From: Eledone cirrhosa
Taxonomy: Eukaryota
Direction of reading: 5' to 3'
Length of the DNA: 64,000 bases
NCBI GenBank assembly: GCA_964016885.1
Contig: OZ024740.1
Coordinates: 143,716,001 to 143,780,000 of the forward strand
Below, one piece after another: positions 13,461-25,939 of the stretch; the stretch's first letter is position 1; every line of letters begins with the position of its first letter. Made by a program: the position numbers and the translations under genes. The notes below the pieces were generated by a model. That model worked only from the letters and a program-made list of their open reading frames with translations. It ran no database searches and was not told the origin of the DNA.

Positions 13461-13974
13461 TAGCACAACATGGATACTTTTTTTGTTTTAATGAAAATAT
13501 TCCTCCTACTGTATTTTCAACAACTGGTTTTTGTTGACATTTGAAGATGGTTACAAAAACTTTTACAAGTTTAATTAGAATGCATAATCATTTTGTATAC
13601 ATTTCCAGACTGTAGAAGGGAAATGTTGCTATTAATCCCTGAGTAGAAAATATTTCATTGTAATTCTACCAGAGATTTATATAAACAGGGCTATATCTTC
13701 CTTTAGTCTTTAAATGATAAATATTGATGATGTATTTCAAATACCAAAAAATTCTGTTATGCCAATATCATCTGAAATTCTGAAATAATAGAAAAACAGA
13801 ATAAGATATAAAAGATACTGAAAGTGAAGATTTAACAGTGAAAATGTTACTACATTTCTCATTTCTATATTAATAAACTGTAGATATAAATCTTTAACTG
13901 AACAATTGAACTTTACTTTTTAATTTATTACAAAAATTACATCATACAATTTTGTTTAGTGTTTACATATTTGT

Positions 13975-14146
13975 AGACTACCGCTACACCTTCAGATAGT
14001 GTAACATTATATGGGTTACGTCCCTTTATGATCTGAGTTCAAATCCCGCCGAGGTTAACTGCCTTTCATCCTTACGGGATCAATAAAATAAAGTACCAGT
14101 AATACACTGGGTAATTGCTGGCCTTGTGCCAAAAGTAGAAACAATT
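13975..14146 (+). mobile_element. tRNA-derived SINE (Nin/Deu-like core)
   Basis: B box gagttcaaatc; core gcctttcatccttacgggatcaataaaataaagtaccag; tail ggccttgtgccaaaagtagaaacaatt. Confidence 0.75.
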
Positions 14147-15532
14147 ATATATATTTCTGAGTGTATCTAATTTAGAACAGGTACACAGTATCTCTGCATG
14201 TCATAAGAGGAAACTAAAGAGAGTTGGCCCCGGGAAGAGCATCCAGACATAAAACATTGCCATAAGTATGAAACCTGTCATGGAGCCCACATAGCTAAAC
14301 TCTGCTCTAGAACATCACCAAATAGGAGTCACATGATCATTGGCAAGCTTGGTGCAGTTTTTTCTTCTTTAAAGATTGTTTTTAGTATTCATTTCCAAAA
14401 CAAACTAGTCTCATGTACTTTAAAAATTTTCATTTGTAAGGCAAGTAGCAAACATGGAGAATTAAGTAGATGTATATCTTCCACTCATTTATTTGAAAAT
14501 CTTTGAATATTTTCCATAATGCTGGCTCTATTCCTAGCTAATTTTGTAGCAACTGAATTTGTTACACTTTGAGAATTTCTTCGCCATCACTACAAATTGT
14601 CCAACCCATACCAGCATGGGAAATGGACATAAAAATTATGATGATATTATAAAATATACTGTTGGTGGGTTATCACACTAATACATCACCTTTTCTGTGT
14701 AAAAATATTTATAGGTATATAAAATATTTCTTTTCATGGAATGAATTTTGACAATACAGCAACACATACTACTTGAATTTTGGTAAATACTAGATATATC
14801 AATGAAAAATGAATTGAACAAAATTATGAATGTAAAACACATGACGTAGTGCTTTTATCTCAACACAGGAGATTATGAATATAGATACTTTCTCATGTAA
14901 GGAATATTTGAAGCAACGTTTTTTGGTTGTTGAAGAGGATGATAAACACGACAAATACAATAATTTGGGTTAGATATATAAAGTTTGATGGTAGCACTCA
15001 CAAATGAATACAGTGTTTAAAAAAGGCTTCTGTGTTGTGCTGGAGAATCTTGTTTAATATGCTACATTGATTGCAAAGTGACAAGTTGTAGTCAGACAGT
15101 ATTAGCATCTGTGTGTTAAGGCCACAGGACAGCCTATTTATAATGATGGCTAGTCATTTTTGATAAATAACAGATAGTTCTAGGATATGTTCTCCTTCAT
15201 AGGAATGGTGCTGTAAAATTTAGCCTCTGGAGAATTTATCTGTTGTCTTCTCTGTGAGGTCGCAGGTCACTTCTTGGTGGCCGTGTCTGTAAGAGATTAC
15301 CAGGGGAAAATATTCCTTTCGCTACATGTTGATAAAATTATTAGATTAGAGCACAGAAAAAGATCAAAATTCATTTAAAAAATTAGATATATCCATGAGA
15401 AAAAAGGAAAGTTTCCTCTAAACAACAAAAATTAAGTATTAAGCTGGCTGTGCTGTATTTGTCACATCCAAGATGTTGGCATTAATACAGTTAGCCTTCT
15501 CTATGTATGCATAAATCTAATTATGTGATTTA

Positions 15533-15960
15533 TATGAGAGAATGATTTACCACAGATGTCAGTGATGTGGCTTCTCTCCTGTATGAATGCATTTGTGAGT
15601 AACAAGAATGATCCCCCACAGATATCAACAATATGGTTCCTCACCTGTATGAATACGCCTACGATTAGTTAAGTGACCAGTTTCAGAGAATGATTCCTTA
15701 CAGATATCACAGTGATATGTATTTCCTCCTGTATGAATACATTTGTGTTATTATTTATTTTAAAGAATGATTTACCACAGATATCACTGATATAATTTCT
15801 CATTTGTATGAATATGTTTGTGTTTAAACAGGTTACTTTTTCAGAGACGTATGTTTTATAAATATAACATTGGCATGATGATTTTCCTATCTCTATCGGT
15901 ATGTCTTCTGAAAAGAAACAATCCTTTAAGTTTCTCATTGAATTAATTTTCATATAATTT
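15533..15960 (-). pseudogene. Second, more decayed C2H2-ZNF pseudogene
   Basis: Fragmented DICGKSF/IHTGE repeats in shifting frames; its upstream region 15970-16250 is paralogous to 13460-13720. Confidence 0.8.
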
Positions 15961-16479
15961 CCTTTTCCTACCACAACATTTGGATGTTTTTCTTGTTTTC
16001 TTTTTTATATATTCCTACAGTGATGGAAATATGTTTATGAATTGTGTTCTTTGTCGGTATCTGAAGATGTTTGCAAACTACTTTGTAAATCTATCACAGT
16101 TCAATTAAAATGCAAAATCATTTTGAACTGTAAGAAAAGAAATGTTGCTTTTAACCTCAGTTTAGAAAAATATTTCACAGTATTTCTACTAGAGATTTAT
16201 ATACCTGTCGTGTATAGCATCTTCTTAAAGTCTTCACAAGATGGTATGTATTAATAATTTCAGAATTTTGAACTTCTCAGAGGAAATGAGCAATGAGTGC
16301 AACAAGTGGTGAGATGTTTTGGAGAGGAGAAACCAAAGCCATGGAAGCATGGAAAAGCAGACTTAAAAATGATGACAATATATACATGATTGGTTCCATT
16401 GTATGGCACCTGGGGGAGGTATTTCCTACTATAACTCCACGATGACCAATGCTTTGAGAGTAAATTTGGTAGATAGAAC

Positions 16480-17565
16480 TGCATGGGAAGAAATTAGTTT
16501 GCCCCAAGTCGACCCAACAGAGAAACCGGCTGTGCAAGTTAACAGTAGTATAGTAAGTAAGGCAATCAAGGATATGAAGACAGGCAAAGCAGCTGGACTT
16601 TCCAGGGTAGTTGCCAATGGGTCACACCATAGTCACCTGTATTATAAACCAGGTACTACAAAACAGTGTCATAACCAATGACTGGCATAGCAGCACCATT
16701 GTCAACTGCTACAAGGGCAAAAGAAATGCTCTAGACAGAGAAAACTATAGAGGCATTAAGTTAGTTGACCAGGTTATGAAGGTCACAGAAAGAGTTATTG
16801 CACAGCTGATTAGGGACTGAATTAACCTAAATGAAATGCAGTTTGGATTTGTAAGGCAACTACAGAAGTACCTAGCTAAAAGCAAACCCATTTACTTAGC
16901 TTTTGTTGACTTGGAGAGAGCCTTTGACAGAGCATTCCGCTCCATTATATGGTGGGCTCTTAGAAAACTTGGTGTTGATGAATGGCTTGTGAGAGCTATA
17001 CAAGCCATGTATAAAGAAAACTAGGAGTAGATGAGTGGCTTGTGAAAGCCATGTATAGAGGGAAAGTCAGCAAGGTTTAGAATTAACAATGAATATTGTG
17101 AAGAATTTAGTGTAAAAGTAGGTGTTCATCAAGGCTACGTCCTTAGCCCCCTCCTGTTTATTATTGCCCTACAGGCTATAACAGAAAAGTTTAAGACTGG
17201 CTGCTCATGGGAACTTCTATATGTAGATAATCTAATTCTCATAGCTGAATCTGTGGCAAAACAAGAGAAGAAATTCCAAACCAAATAAAGTTAACTTGTC
17301 TAGTATGTAGAAAGGAAAATAGGGCCCAGATTCCCTCTGGGAAATAGCCTTGTTCAATACACAGGAAAGGAGTAGGTAGAAATTCCATTCTATGTCCCAA
17401 ATGTAAACTATGGGTACATAAAAGGGGTAATGGGATCACAGGCAGGCTATCAAAGAACAGGTTTATATGCAGCCGATGCACTAGTGCAGTAAGTAGCAAA
17501 TGCCCACAGGATACTATCTCCTTCAACCTCCCAGATGGTTCTATAGAAATAGTGGACAATAGGTG
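16480..17565 (+). mobile_element. RTE LINE internal fragment (RT and Cys/His finger)
   Basis: MKTGKAAG, NYRGIKLVDQVMKVTERV, AFVDLERAFD; close to 39400-40390. Confidence 0.88.
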
Positions 17566-17574
17566 GAGAATGAG

Positions 17575-18820
17575 AGGTCGGAGGCTGACCATTTATCACA
17601 TAGTCGTTCCACCAAGCAGGTCTCTTGGTCGTTCGACGCATGCCACCGCCACCTAGAGTGGACTAGGTTAAAGTGGTGGCAACTTTAGTAATTGGTAATC
17701 GCCGGTGATAGTTCGGTCGAAACATCGGCCACCGGCGGGTTGAACGAATACCTAGGTGGGCTGTGCACGAGGACGAAGTAAGGGGTGAGCAAGGGGAGGG
17801 ATAGAAAGTGGAGAAGGGGTGAGAAGATTATGAGTGCGTGGAGATGAGTGTGGTCATGTGAGAGACAGTTAAATACAGTGGGAGAGAAAGAGCACTGAAC
17901 ATGCAAAGAGAAGGAAAATAAAAAGGCTAGAAATACAAACTCTAAGGCTGTGAGTTTGCGAAATAGTTCGTATGGGTAAATCCGCAGTAAAAACCGAAAT
18001 TGTGAGTTTGTGTAAAAAATAAAAAAATAAAAAAAACACATGGGCAAGACTTCAGTAAAATCAAAACCTGAATGATAGTGACACAAGATGTTTACAATTA
18101 CAGAGTGATTACATTACTGGACCTGAATTCTATCAAGTGGTCAAAGCTTCTAATTCTGTGAAATAGAATGGAAGTCTGGATTGACCTTTCAGTCACACCT
18201 GACTATAAATAGATTCAGGTTATTTGAAGAGGGAGATGGGATGGTGCCATGTGTAATCTCTTCTTGTGAAGCTAGTGGTAGTTCCTCACCATTTATAATT
18301 ATTTATTTTTATTTTATATTTGGGGGGTTTGTATTTGAAAAATTGTAAGTGTATGTTAAGGAGGAATGTATAATTGTGTGATACAATTGCTCCAGGTTGG
18401 TTCCCTGCGTTGTTACCACAACCATTCCTTTAAAATTTTGTTTTTTTCCTCCGAAGATCTGTTGTTCTCTGTCTGAATTTCTGGATTTGTTTTTTTCTTT
18501 CCAGCGTGGTGGGGAAAATAAGGTGTTTCAGATATATACAAGTACAAATTCCAAATATAAAATGACGATAACTTATATATATCAATGTGATTGATTTCTT
18601 GTTTTTGGTGGGTAGTCGCACGTGGCTGTATGTGTTGCTTATGTTGACTTTGTTTGAAAGTAATCAAGAATTTGGAAGGATTTAATTAAACAACCTCTCC
18701 AATATCTAAAAACAGATTTGTTAATTCACATATATATAGTATGTTTAATAATGGAGAGATCCCTGTGGAAATTTCACTAAACTAAAGACTAGTTTTTAAT
18801 GTGGTGCAGCCATAGTGAGG
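17575..18820 (-). mobile_element. Possible decayed Penelope-like relic
   Basis: GVTERSIQT (GIY-YIG-like) remnant near 18170-18215 and an RRTTKRPAWWNDYV motif; heavily degenerate. Confidence 0.3.
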
Positions 18821-18916
18821 GTTTTTTTTTTTCTGTCGTGTATATATTTTTTATGTTGCAGATATATAATCCACATTTTCCAAAATGCAGATTACGATTA
18901 TAATTCTTATATATAT

Positions 18917-19942
18917 AGTGGTAGAACACTGGAAGGTAATATCCATAGTGGTAGAGCACTCAGTCCATGGGTCGAGTTAGGTAGAAGTGGTTACACAACA
19001 GTTAGTTCACTATACCTAGAACAATTGTTTCACCTTAGCGGATCCTCAGCTCGTGATGGACATGGTTATACGGAACAGGAAGACAACCGTACGAACGCGC
19101 ATGTGCAGAAACGATCACTTCACACAGGCAATACTAAAATGCGTGCAAGAAGTGTAAGGGAGATAACTGCGAAAGTCTGAAAAGTTTCTAGTTGATAAGA
19201 AAATTAGGATGTTGTTGTTATTCAATCCGGAGCTTTGGAGTTATGTAAGAGGTGTTTCGAGACATGTGGACAACATGTGAAAAATTCATTTCTTGCGTTT
19301 AGGAAATCTCTATTGCGTAATCTCTTTAGAATATATATTCATTCGTCGATACATAGTCCACACGACGGATTGCCCCTTGCGTATGGCTTGGACTTAGTGA
19401 TGGCTTTTCATTGAATGGAGTAGTCTATACTTGAGTCCTTGAGGGACCACACATGGCTCGCGAGTTTCGTGGATAAACGTCTGTCCGGGCACCTAAAGGT
19501 CGACTGGTGGTTCAGGAAGCGTTCCTTAAATCGGCCCTCCGCCATACCCACATAGGATTTGACCTCCTGTGGTTGATTTGGTCGGTTGGAAGTGACCACA
19601 GCTTCATAAACTACAGCGGGTGTATTGCATTGCTGTTGTAGGGGACAAGCTTCAGGCTTACGGCAAGAGCACCCTGGTGGGGTGTTGCTCTTAGGGCTGT
19701 TGGTGATGTGGGCCTTCATGTTCTTAGCGCAGGAGTATCCTAGTTTTACTTTGTGTCGGTTAAAGATGGGGTGGTATTTATGACCAATGGGAAAGTGTCT
19801 ATCTAAGAGGGCTAAACATATTTTGCCTACATTGGTTTTAACGTTGAGTGAGAAGGGAGGAGAGAACCAGATAGTTTGTCTATTGTTACGCTTTCTTATC
19901 TTATGCTGTTGTTGATAGTGGGTAAGTGATAGGTTGCGAGAA
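18917..19942 (-). mobile_element. Penelope-like element 3' part: GIY-YIG endonuclease plus pseudo-LTR
   Basis: ORF 19408-19977: WFSPPFS, CSC..CPL..C, VVYEA..YVGMAEGRFKERFLNH; continues CGLC..E..LN.RNE...CPH past stops. The pLTR at 18917-19180 is repeated at about 20182-20430. Confidence 0.9.
19015..19055 (-). ncRNA. Minimal type I hammerhead ribozyme motif in the pLTR
   Basis: Minus strand cacgag CTGAGGA tccgctaaggt GAAAC aatt GT T ctagg; palindromic AATT loop 3. Confidence 0.65.
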
Positions 19943-20269
19943 TATATATATATATATATATACACACATACAGACACACTTCTTTGTCAATTTTTCAAAA
20001 AAATTAGATATACTTTCAAAAATTTAAACACAAGTCTAAATATTTCCTGCTTTTTAATTATAGAATTTTTTCATACAGTAATTACCTAAGCCTGACCTAC
20101 GCCTTTATAAGATGCACAGTGATTTTGAGGGGCAAATTTTGAAAAAAAAACAAAATATATATATATAGAGAGAGAGAGAGAGGTGGGTAGAACACTGGTG
20201 GCTTATATCCACAGTAGTAGAGCACTCAGTTCATGGGATGAGTTTGGTAGAAGTAGTGCCACACCATTT

Positions 20270-20310
20270 CTGAGAACAATGTTTCACCTCAAACGGATCA
20301 TCAGCTCGGT
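20270..20310 (-). ncRNA. Minimal type I hammerhead ribozyme motif in the second pLTR copy
   Basis: Minus strand accgag CTGATGA tccgtttgaggt GAAAC att GT T ctcag; stem I gag/ctc. Confidence 0.65.
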
Positions 20311-20450
20311 TTAAATGAGATATACGGAAAAGGAAAACCATGGCACAAATAGACATGTGCAGAAGATATTCTAAAAGGGGAGATAACTCACGTTAGATCG
20401 ATGCATGGAGGTAACTGCAAAAGATCAGAATACAATCATTCATGATACTC

Positions 20451-22530
20451 GGTCTATAGATGTGCTAGAAATAACGGCTACATCAGCTAAGCAGGGGGAA
20501 CATCAGGTCTATATGTGTGCTAGAAATAGCAGCTAAAGGGGGAGGGGGGGTTTATGGTGGTCCGTAGGTGTGCTAAAAATAGCAGCTACATAAGCTAAAT
20601 AGAATGTACCTCATTGTGGACAATAGGTGTGCTACAAATAGCAGCTAAATAGGAGGAACCTTATGGTTGTCCATAGGTGTGCTAGAAATAGCAGCTAAAT
20701 AGGGGGAACCTCATTGTAGTCTATAAGTATGCTAGAAATAGCAGCTAAATAGGGGGAGGGGCGTTATGATGGTCCGTAGGTGTGCTAAAAATAGCAGCTA
20801 CATAAGCTAAATAGAATGAACCTCATGGTGGATGATAGGTGTGCTCCAAATAGCAGCTAAATAGCCTTATGGTTGTCCATAGGTGTGCTCGAAATAGCAG
20901 CTAAGTAGGAGGACCCATATGGTGGTCCATAGGTATGCTAGACATAACAGCTAAAAAAACTTCATGGTGGTCCAAGTGTGTGCTAGAAATAGCAGCTGCA
21001 TCAGCTAAAAAAGGGAATCTAATGGTGGTCTATAGGTGTACTAGAAATAGCAGTTAAATAGGGGGATCATTATAGTGGTATATAGGTGTGCTACAAATAG
21101 CACCTAAATAGGGGAACCTCATGGTGGTCAATAGGTGTGCTAGAAACAGTAGGTAAATAGCGGAACCTCATGGGAGTACATAGGTGTGCTAGAAATAGCA
21201 GCTGCATCAGCTAAACAAGGGAATCTCATGGTTATCCAAAGGTGTACTAGAAATAACAGCTAAATAAAGGGAACTTCATGGTGAACTGTGTCCTAGATAT
21301 ATTAACTAAATACGGGGAACCTCATGGTGTTCCATATGTGTGCTAGAAATAGCAGCTATATAGGGGAACCACATGGTGATCCATAGGTGTGCTAGAAATA
21401 GAAGCTGCATCACGTAAACAGGGGGAATCACGTGGTAGTCCATAGTTGTGCTAGAAATAGCATCTAAGTAAAGGGAACCCATGGTGGTCTATAGGTGTTC
21501 TAGAAATAGCAGCTAAATTAGGGGAACCTCATAGTGGTCCATAGTTGTGCTAGAAATAGTAGCTAAATAGAGGGAACCTTATAGTGGTCTATAGCTGTGA
21601 TAGAAATAGTAGTTAAATAAGAGGAACCTTATGGTGGTTCTTAGGTGTGCTAGAAAGGGCTGTTACATCAGCTAAGCAGGAGGAACCTTATGGTGTATGT
21701 AGGTGTGCTAGAAGGAGTAGCTAAATAAAGAGAACCTCATGGTGATTCATAGGTGTGCTAGAAATAGCAGCAAAATAGGGGGATCCTTATGGTGGCCCAT
21801 ATGTGTGCTAGAAATAGCAGCTAAATACGGCGATCCTCATGTTGGGCCACACGTGTGCTAGAAATGGGAACTACACAGTGGTTCATAGGTGTGTTAGCAA
21901 AAGCATCTAAATTGTTGTAACCCTTTTAGTGGTCGATAGGTGTGCTAGAAATAGCAGCTGCGTCAGGTAAACAGGGGAATATCATGGTGGTCCATAGGCA
22001 TGCTAGAAATAGCATCTAAATTAAGGGAAACCCATGGTGGTCTATAGGTTTCCTAGAAATAGCAACTAAAAAGGGGGAACTTCATGGTGGTCCATAGGTA
22101 TGTTAGAAATAGCAGCTAAATAGGAGGAACCTTATAGTGGACCATAGATGTGCTAGAAATATCATCTACATCAGCTAAACAGGGGCAACGTCATGGTGTC
22201 CATAGCTGTGCTAGAAATAGCAGCTAAATAAGGTCAACCTCATATGTATCCATTTGTTGTGCTAGAAATAGCAGCTAATAGGGGGAACCTCATAGTGGTA
22301 CCTATGTGTGCTACAAATAGTAGCTAAATAGGAGGGACCTTATAGTGGTCCATATCTGTGCTAGAAATAGCAGCTTGATGGAGAGGAACCTGATGATGGT
22401 CCATGGGTGTACTAGAAATAGCAGCTACATCAGCTAAGCAGGTGGAACTTAATGGTTGTCCGTAGGTGTGCTAGAAATAGCGGCAAAATAAAGTGAACCT
22501 CGTGGTGGTCCATAGGTGTCCATAGGTGTC
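20451..22530 (+). repeat. Tandem satellite of about 40 units of 50 or 60 bp with higher-order periodicity
   Basis: Consensus GGTCCATAGGTGTGCTAGAAATAGCAGCTAAATAGGGGAACCTCATGGT; a 10-bp insert (r)catcagcta occurs in roughly every 4th unit. Confidence 0.95.
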
Positions 22531-22619
22531 TCTTCTTTGTCAATTTTGTTATACTATACCATAGGGGAGTAATTAACAAATCAATTTAAGATCTATATAT
22601 CTATAAACAAGTATAGACA

Positions 22620-23990
22620 TATGTTCAAGACCATGCTGACAAAAACCTTCCTAACAATGCTTAGCAGCAAGATGCCTTGGTAACTATTGCAGTCACTTCG
22701 GTCACCTTTGTTCTGATAGAAGGTGACAATGATACAGTCTCTCATGTCTTGCGGGACTGTTCTGTCTTCCCAGCACTAACACAGTAGTTTCAACAAGGGG
22801 CTAATTAGCACTCCCTTTGCACACCTGATGACCTCTTGGAGGATGCCGTCAGATCTTGGTGCCTTCCCAGCAGGTAAACTAATCAATGGCTCTGCACAGT
22901 TCTTCAGCAGTCGACAACACATCTAGCTCCTCCATGACAGCTAGGTGTTTCATGGTGTCTAGCATGTTGTCTGAGATACTTTTTTTCCTTGCCATACAGT
23001 TTGAAGTAATATTCCACCTATCTCTCCAACTGCTCTCTTTTTCCTTTGATGACCTCACCTGTTCTTGATTTGAATGGAGGAGTCTTGCTCTGGGTTGGGC
23101 CAATGGCTTTCTTGATGCCCTCATACATTCCCCAAATGTTACTTGTGTCAAATAACAGCTGGATGCATTTGAATAACTGTAACCAGTAGTCATTTGCACA
23201 GTGACTCGTAATCTTTTATGTCTTGTTCCGAGCTCATCTCAATGCTCATAGTGTTGCTCTGGTGGGTGAGTGTTTATGCTTCAACAGGGAGCATGCTTCT
23301 CCTCCATGGTCGCATTGAACTAGTCATGTGTCATTCTTCGATTCTTCCTGAAGATCTCTTCAATGCAGTGTCATGGATGGTGCCTCTGAGAAAGTTCCAT
23401 CTTTGCTGAACACCACCTTCCAGAGGTTCTGCAAGGAGGATGTCTTCCAGTGACTTGAGGAATACAGGTACTTTGACTGACTGCTGGGTCACAGTAGCCT
23501 TGATATGCTGTATGACAAGAGGCTTAGCATAGTGCATTTTTGGTTGGAGTTTGAGATTGCAGCAAACCAGGGAGTGATCTGTGCCAAAGTCAGCGCTCCA
23601 AAAGGACCAAGTCAAGAGTACATTTCTCAAGTGGTTGTGTCTTATGAGGATCAGATCTAGCTGGTGCCTGTGCCCTGAGCGAGGATAACGCCAGGAAACT
23701 TTGTGTTGAGCTTTGGCCTGGAAGTAGGTGTTGGTGACACATAATCCATGGAGCATACAGAGCTCAAGCAGTTGTTGCCCGTTGTCATTCATGTTACCGA
23801 CCCCATGCTGTCACAGTTACCCTGTCCAGGAGTCGCGGTCGGCTTCCACTCTGGCATTGAAGTCACCAAGTAACACCAGCTGTTCTCCATATGGGATTGC
23901 CTGTATTTTTCTGGAGAACTGATTGTAAAACTTATCCTTGTCATCTTGTGTGTAATAGAGGGTTAGGGCATAAGCACTGACAAGGTTGAC
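22620..23990 (-). mobile_element. RTE-BovB-like LINE fragment (endonuclease to start of RT)
   Basis: GDFNARV, NDNGQQLLELC..LCVTNTYF..KVSWRYPRSGH.HQLDLIL; GKAP near 22870. Confidence 0.85.
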
Positions 23991-24262
23991 AAGACAGGAG
24001 CCTCCCAAAAGTCAGCTTGAAGGTAACACAGAGGAGACTGAGGTTAACTGGACATGCTCAGAGTTGACACTGCACTCAATGGTCCTGTGGGAGCCCCTAC
24101 ATGAACACACTAGAAGAGGGAAACCAAGGATGACATGTATTGATACCCTAAGGACAGACACTGGTCTCTGGGAGACACAGGCCATGGAAGCGATGATGAA
24201 GAACAGAGACCGCTGGAGAGAACTCGTACATGGATCTCGGGAATTTTACTCGCCCTAGATAG
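23990..24262 (+). mobile_element. 3' end of another RTE-type LINE
   Basis: VLWEPLHEHTRRGKPRMTCIDTL..DTGL...MMKNRDRWRELV, ending in a (taga)/(ta) tail. Confidence 0.7.
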
Positions 24263-24320
24263 ATATATATGCATATATATATGTGTGTGTGTGTGTAATT
24301 ATGTGTTTTATATCAAATAA

Positions 24321-24512
24321 TAATTGTTTCTACTTTTGGCACAAGGCCAGCAATTACCTAGTGTATTACTGGTACTTTATTTTATCGACCCCATAAGGAT
24401 GAAAGGCAAAGTTAACCTCGGCGGGATTTGAACTCAGAATGGCAAGGGCCGTAACTCTATGCATCAAAGCATGGCGTCTGACCCTCTACTGATACTGCCA
24501 ATCCACCGCCCT
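24321..24512 (-). mobile_element. tRNA-derived SINE (same family as 13975, 28598-28779 and 35741-35930)
   Basis: A-box-like tggcagtatcag, B box gagttcaaatc, shared core and tail. Confidence 0.85.
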
Positions 24513-24623
24513 ATTATTATCAAATAATAATAATATTCGATTTGTTTGCAAGCAGACAGTCTCATTATGCTATGTTTAGTTTTTGATGGCCATCATCATC
24601 CGTTCAACAGCAGCATTGAAGAA

Positions 24624-24664
24624 CAATCAACAGGTTTCTGGGTTATTGTTCTTCATCAGGACTG
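24624..24664 (-). ncRNA. Degenerate minimal hammerhead ribozyme motif
   Basis: cagtc CTGATGA agaacaataaccca GAAAC ct GT T gattg; stem I cagtc/gattg pairs, stem II eroded. Confidence 0.45.
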
Positions 24665-24959
24665 TACTTCTCTGCTACTCGTTTGAACTGTTGAAAATAT
24701 ATGGTATTTTCTAAACTATACATTGGCTGATTAGCCTCATTTGCATAACAAGTGATTTTACAGCTGGGCTTGCCGAAAAACAAAATTAGAATTTGATTTT
24801 CTGCTCTAACATAGCAGATTACATAAATGTAATTATGGATTTTATATTGAATATTAATAATAAGGTCAGCCGTATAATTGCTTGGTATGCACTATTCTTG
24901 TCATTAACCAACAAACCTAATACAGCTGCTTCACTAGCCCCAATATATTTTTACTTAAT

Positions 24960-25935
24960 ACACAAAGTGTCAGCCTTTTCATCAATGCAGAAAAATGGAA
25001 GATCCAATTCTTTGAGGTTTGGGTTACCAACCATCCACACCATATCCCTTTCTTCATCCTAACTGAGACCCATTTTAACGTCTCCCACTTGGAAACTGAA
25101 GTGAGGGTGAGAAATTTTACAACCATCTGCGTGGATCATGTTGGCAGAAGAAAAAAACAAAACTACCATTTCCTGCATGATTCTTTTATGGCTGATGAAA
25201 ATAACATATTCTCCAATGGTTATTATGAATCAGTTTCTGTGCACAACAAAGCCAATGATTTGATTGTAGCTTGGGCTCTATAAGCCTCCCCAAACACCTC
25301 TACCGTGCTTCAAAGAATGCCTCAACAGCATTAGGTGTTTTATCCAACAGTGTGATTCTGGGGGATTTGATAGGTGACTTCAATCTACCCTGTGTTGATT
25401 GGTCTACAAACAGTTGAAATCAGGTCCTTCTTCCTCAACCCCTAAGTAGTTTTTCCTGTCCTAACTTGTGCTTGCACCAACAAGATATCACAAAAACATT
25501 TTAGATTTAGTATTTAGTAACCACACTAAAACTATCCGCATTATTGCAGTAGTAAAAGCTCTCCTCTCAGACCATGACATGGTACTTTGTAACTTGAGGT
25601 TCCACCAGCCAAAAGTTTAACCTGATGATTCTTTCCAGCCCACTTATGTAATAACATTGATCTTCATAATGTAAACTGGTCTTTCACACACAGCCACCAA
25701 CATCAAAACATGAATGATGACCTTCATCAATAACCAACAGACTGAGTCATTGACAAAATTAAACTCAAATCCAAAATGTTCTTTCCATTTGCCAAAAATC
25801 ACAAGACTGCTGTCACAACCATTGGGCTTCTGTTTGATGAAAATGGCACACTCCAAAAGAATGCTAAAAGCATGGGTGAAATACTGCAGAAAAAATACTG
25901 CTCTGGGCTGTATCAGTGATATTAACCCCCTACAC
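24960..25935 (+). mobile_element. CR1/L2-like LINE endonuclease relic
   Basis: FILTETH, GDFNLPCVDW, PTR..NILDLVFSN motifs across frameshifts. Confidence 0.7.
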
Positions 25936-25939
25936 ACCA

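Noticed and set aside
20451-22530. CRISPR array, or Cas9 sgRNA scaffold (GCTAGAAATAGCA matches the engineered scaffold tetraloop)
   Set aside because: The inter-repeat segments are homologous to each other rather than unique spacers, there are no cas genes and the context is eukaryotic. The match is only a short GAAA hairpin without the rest of the scaffold.
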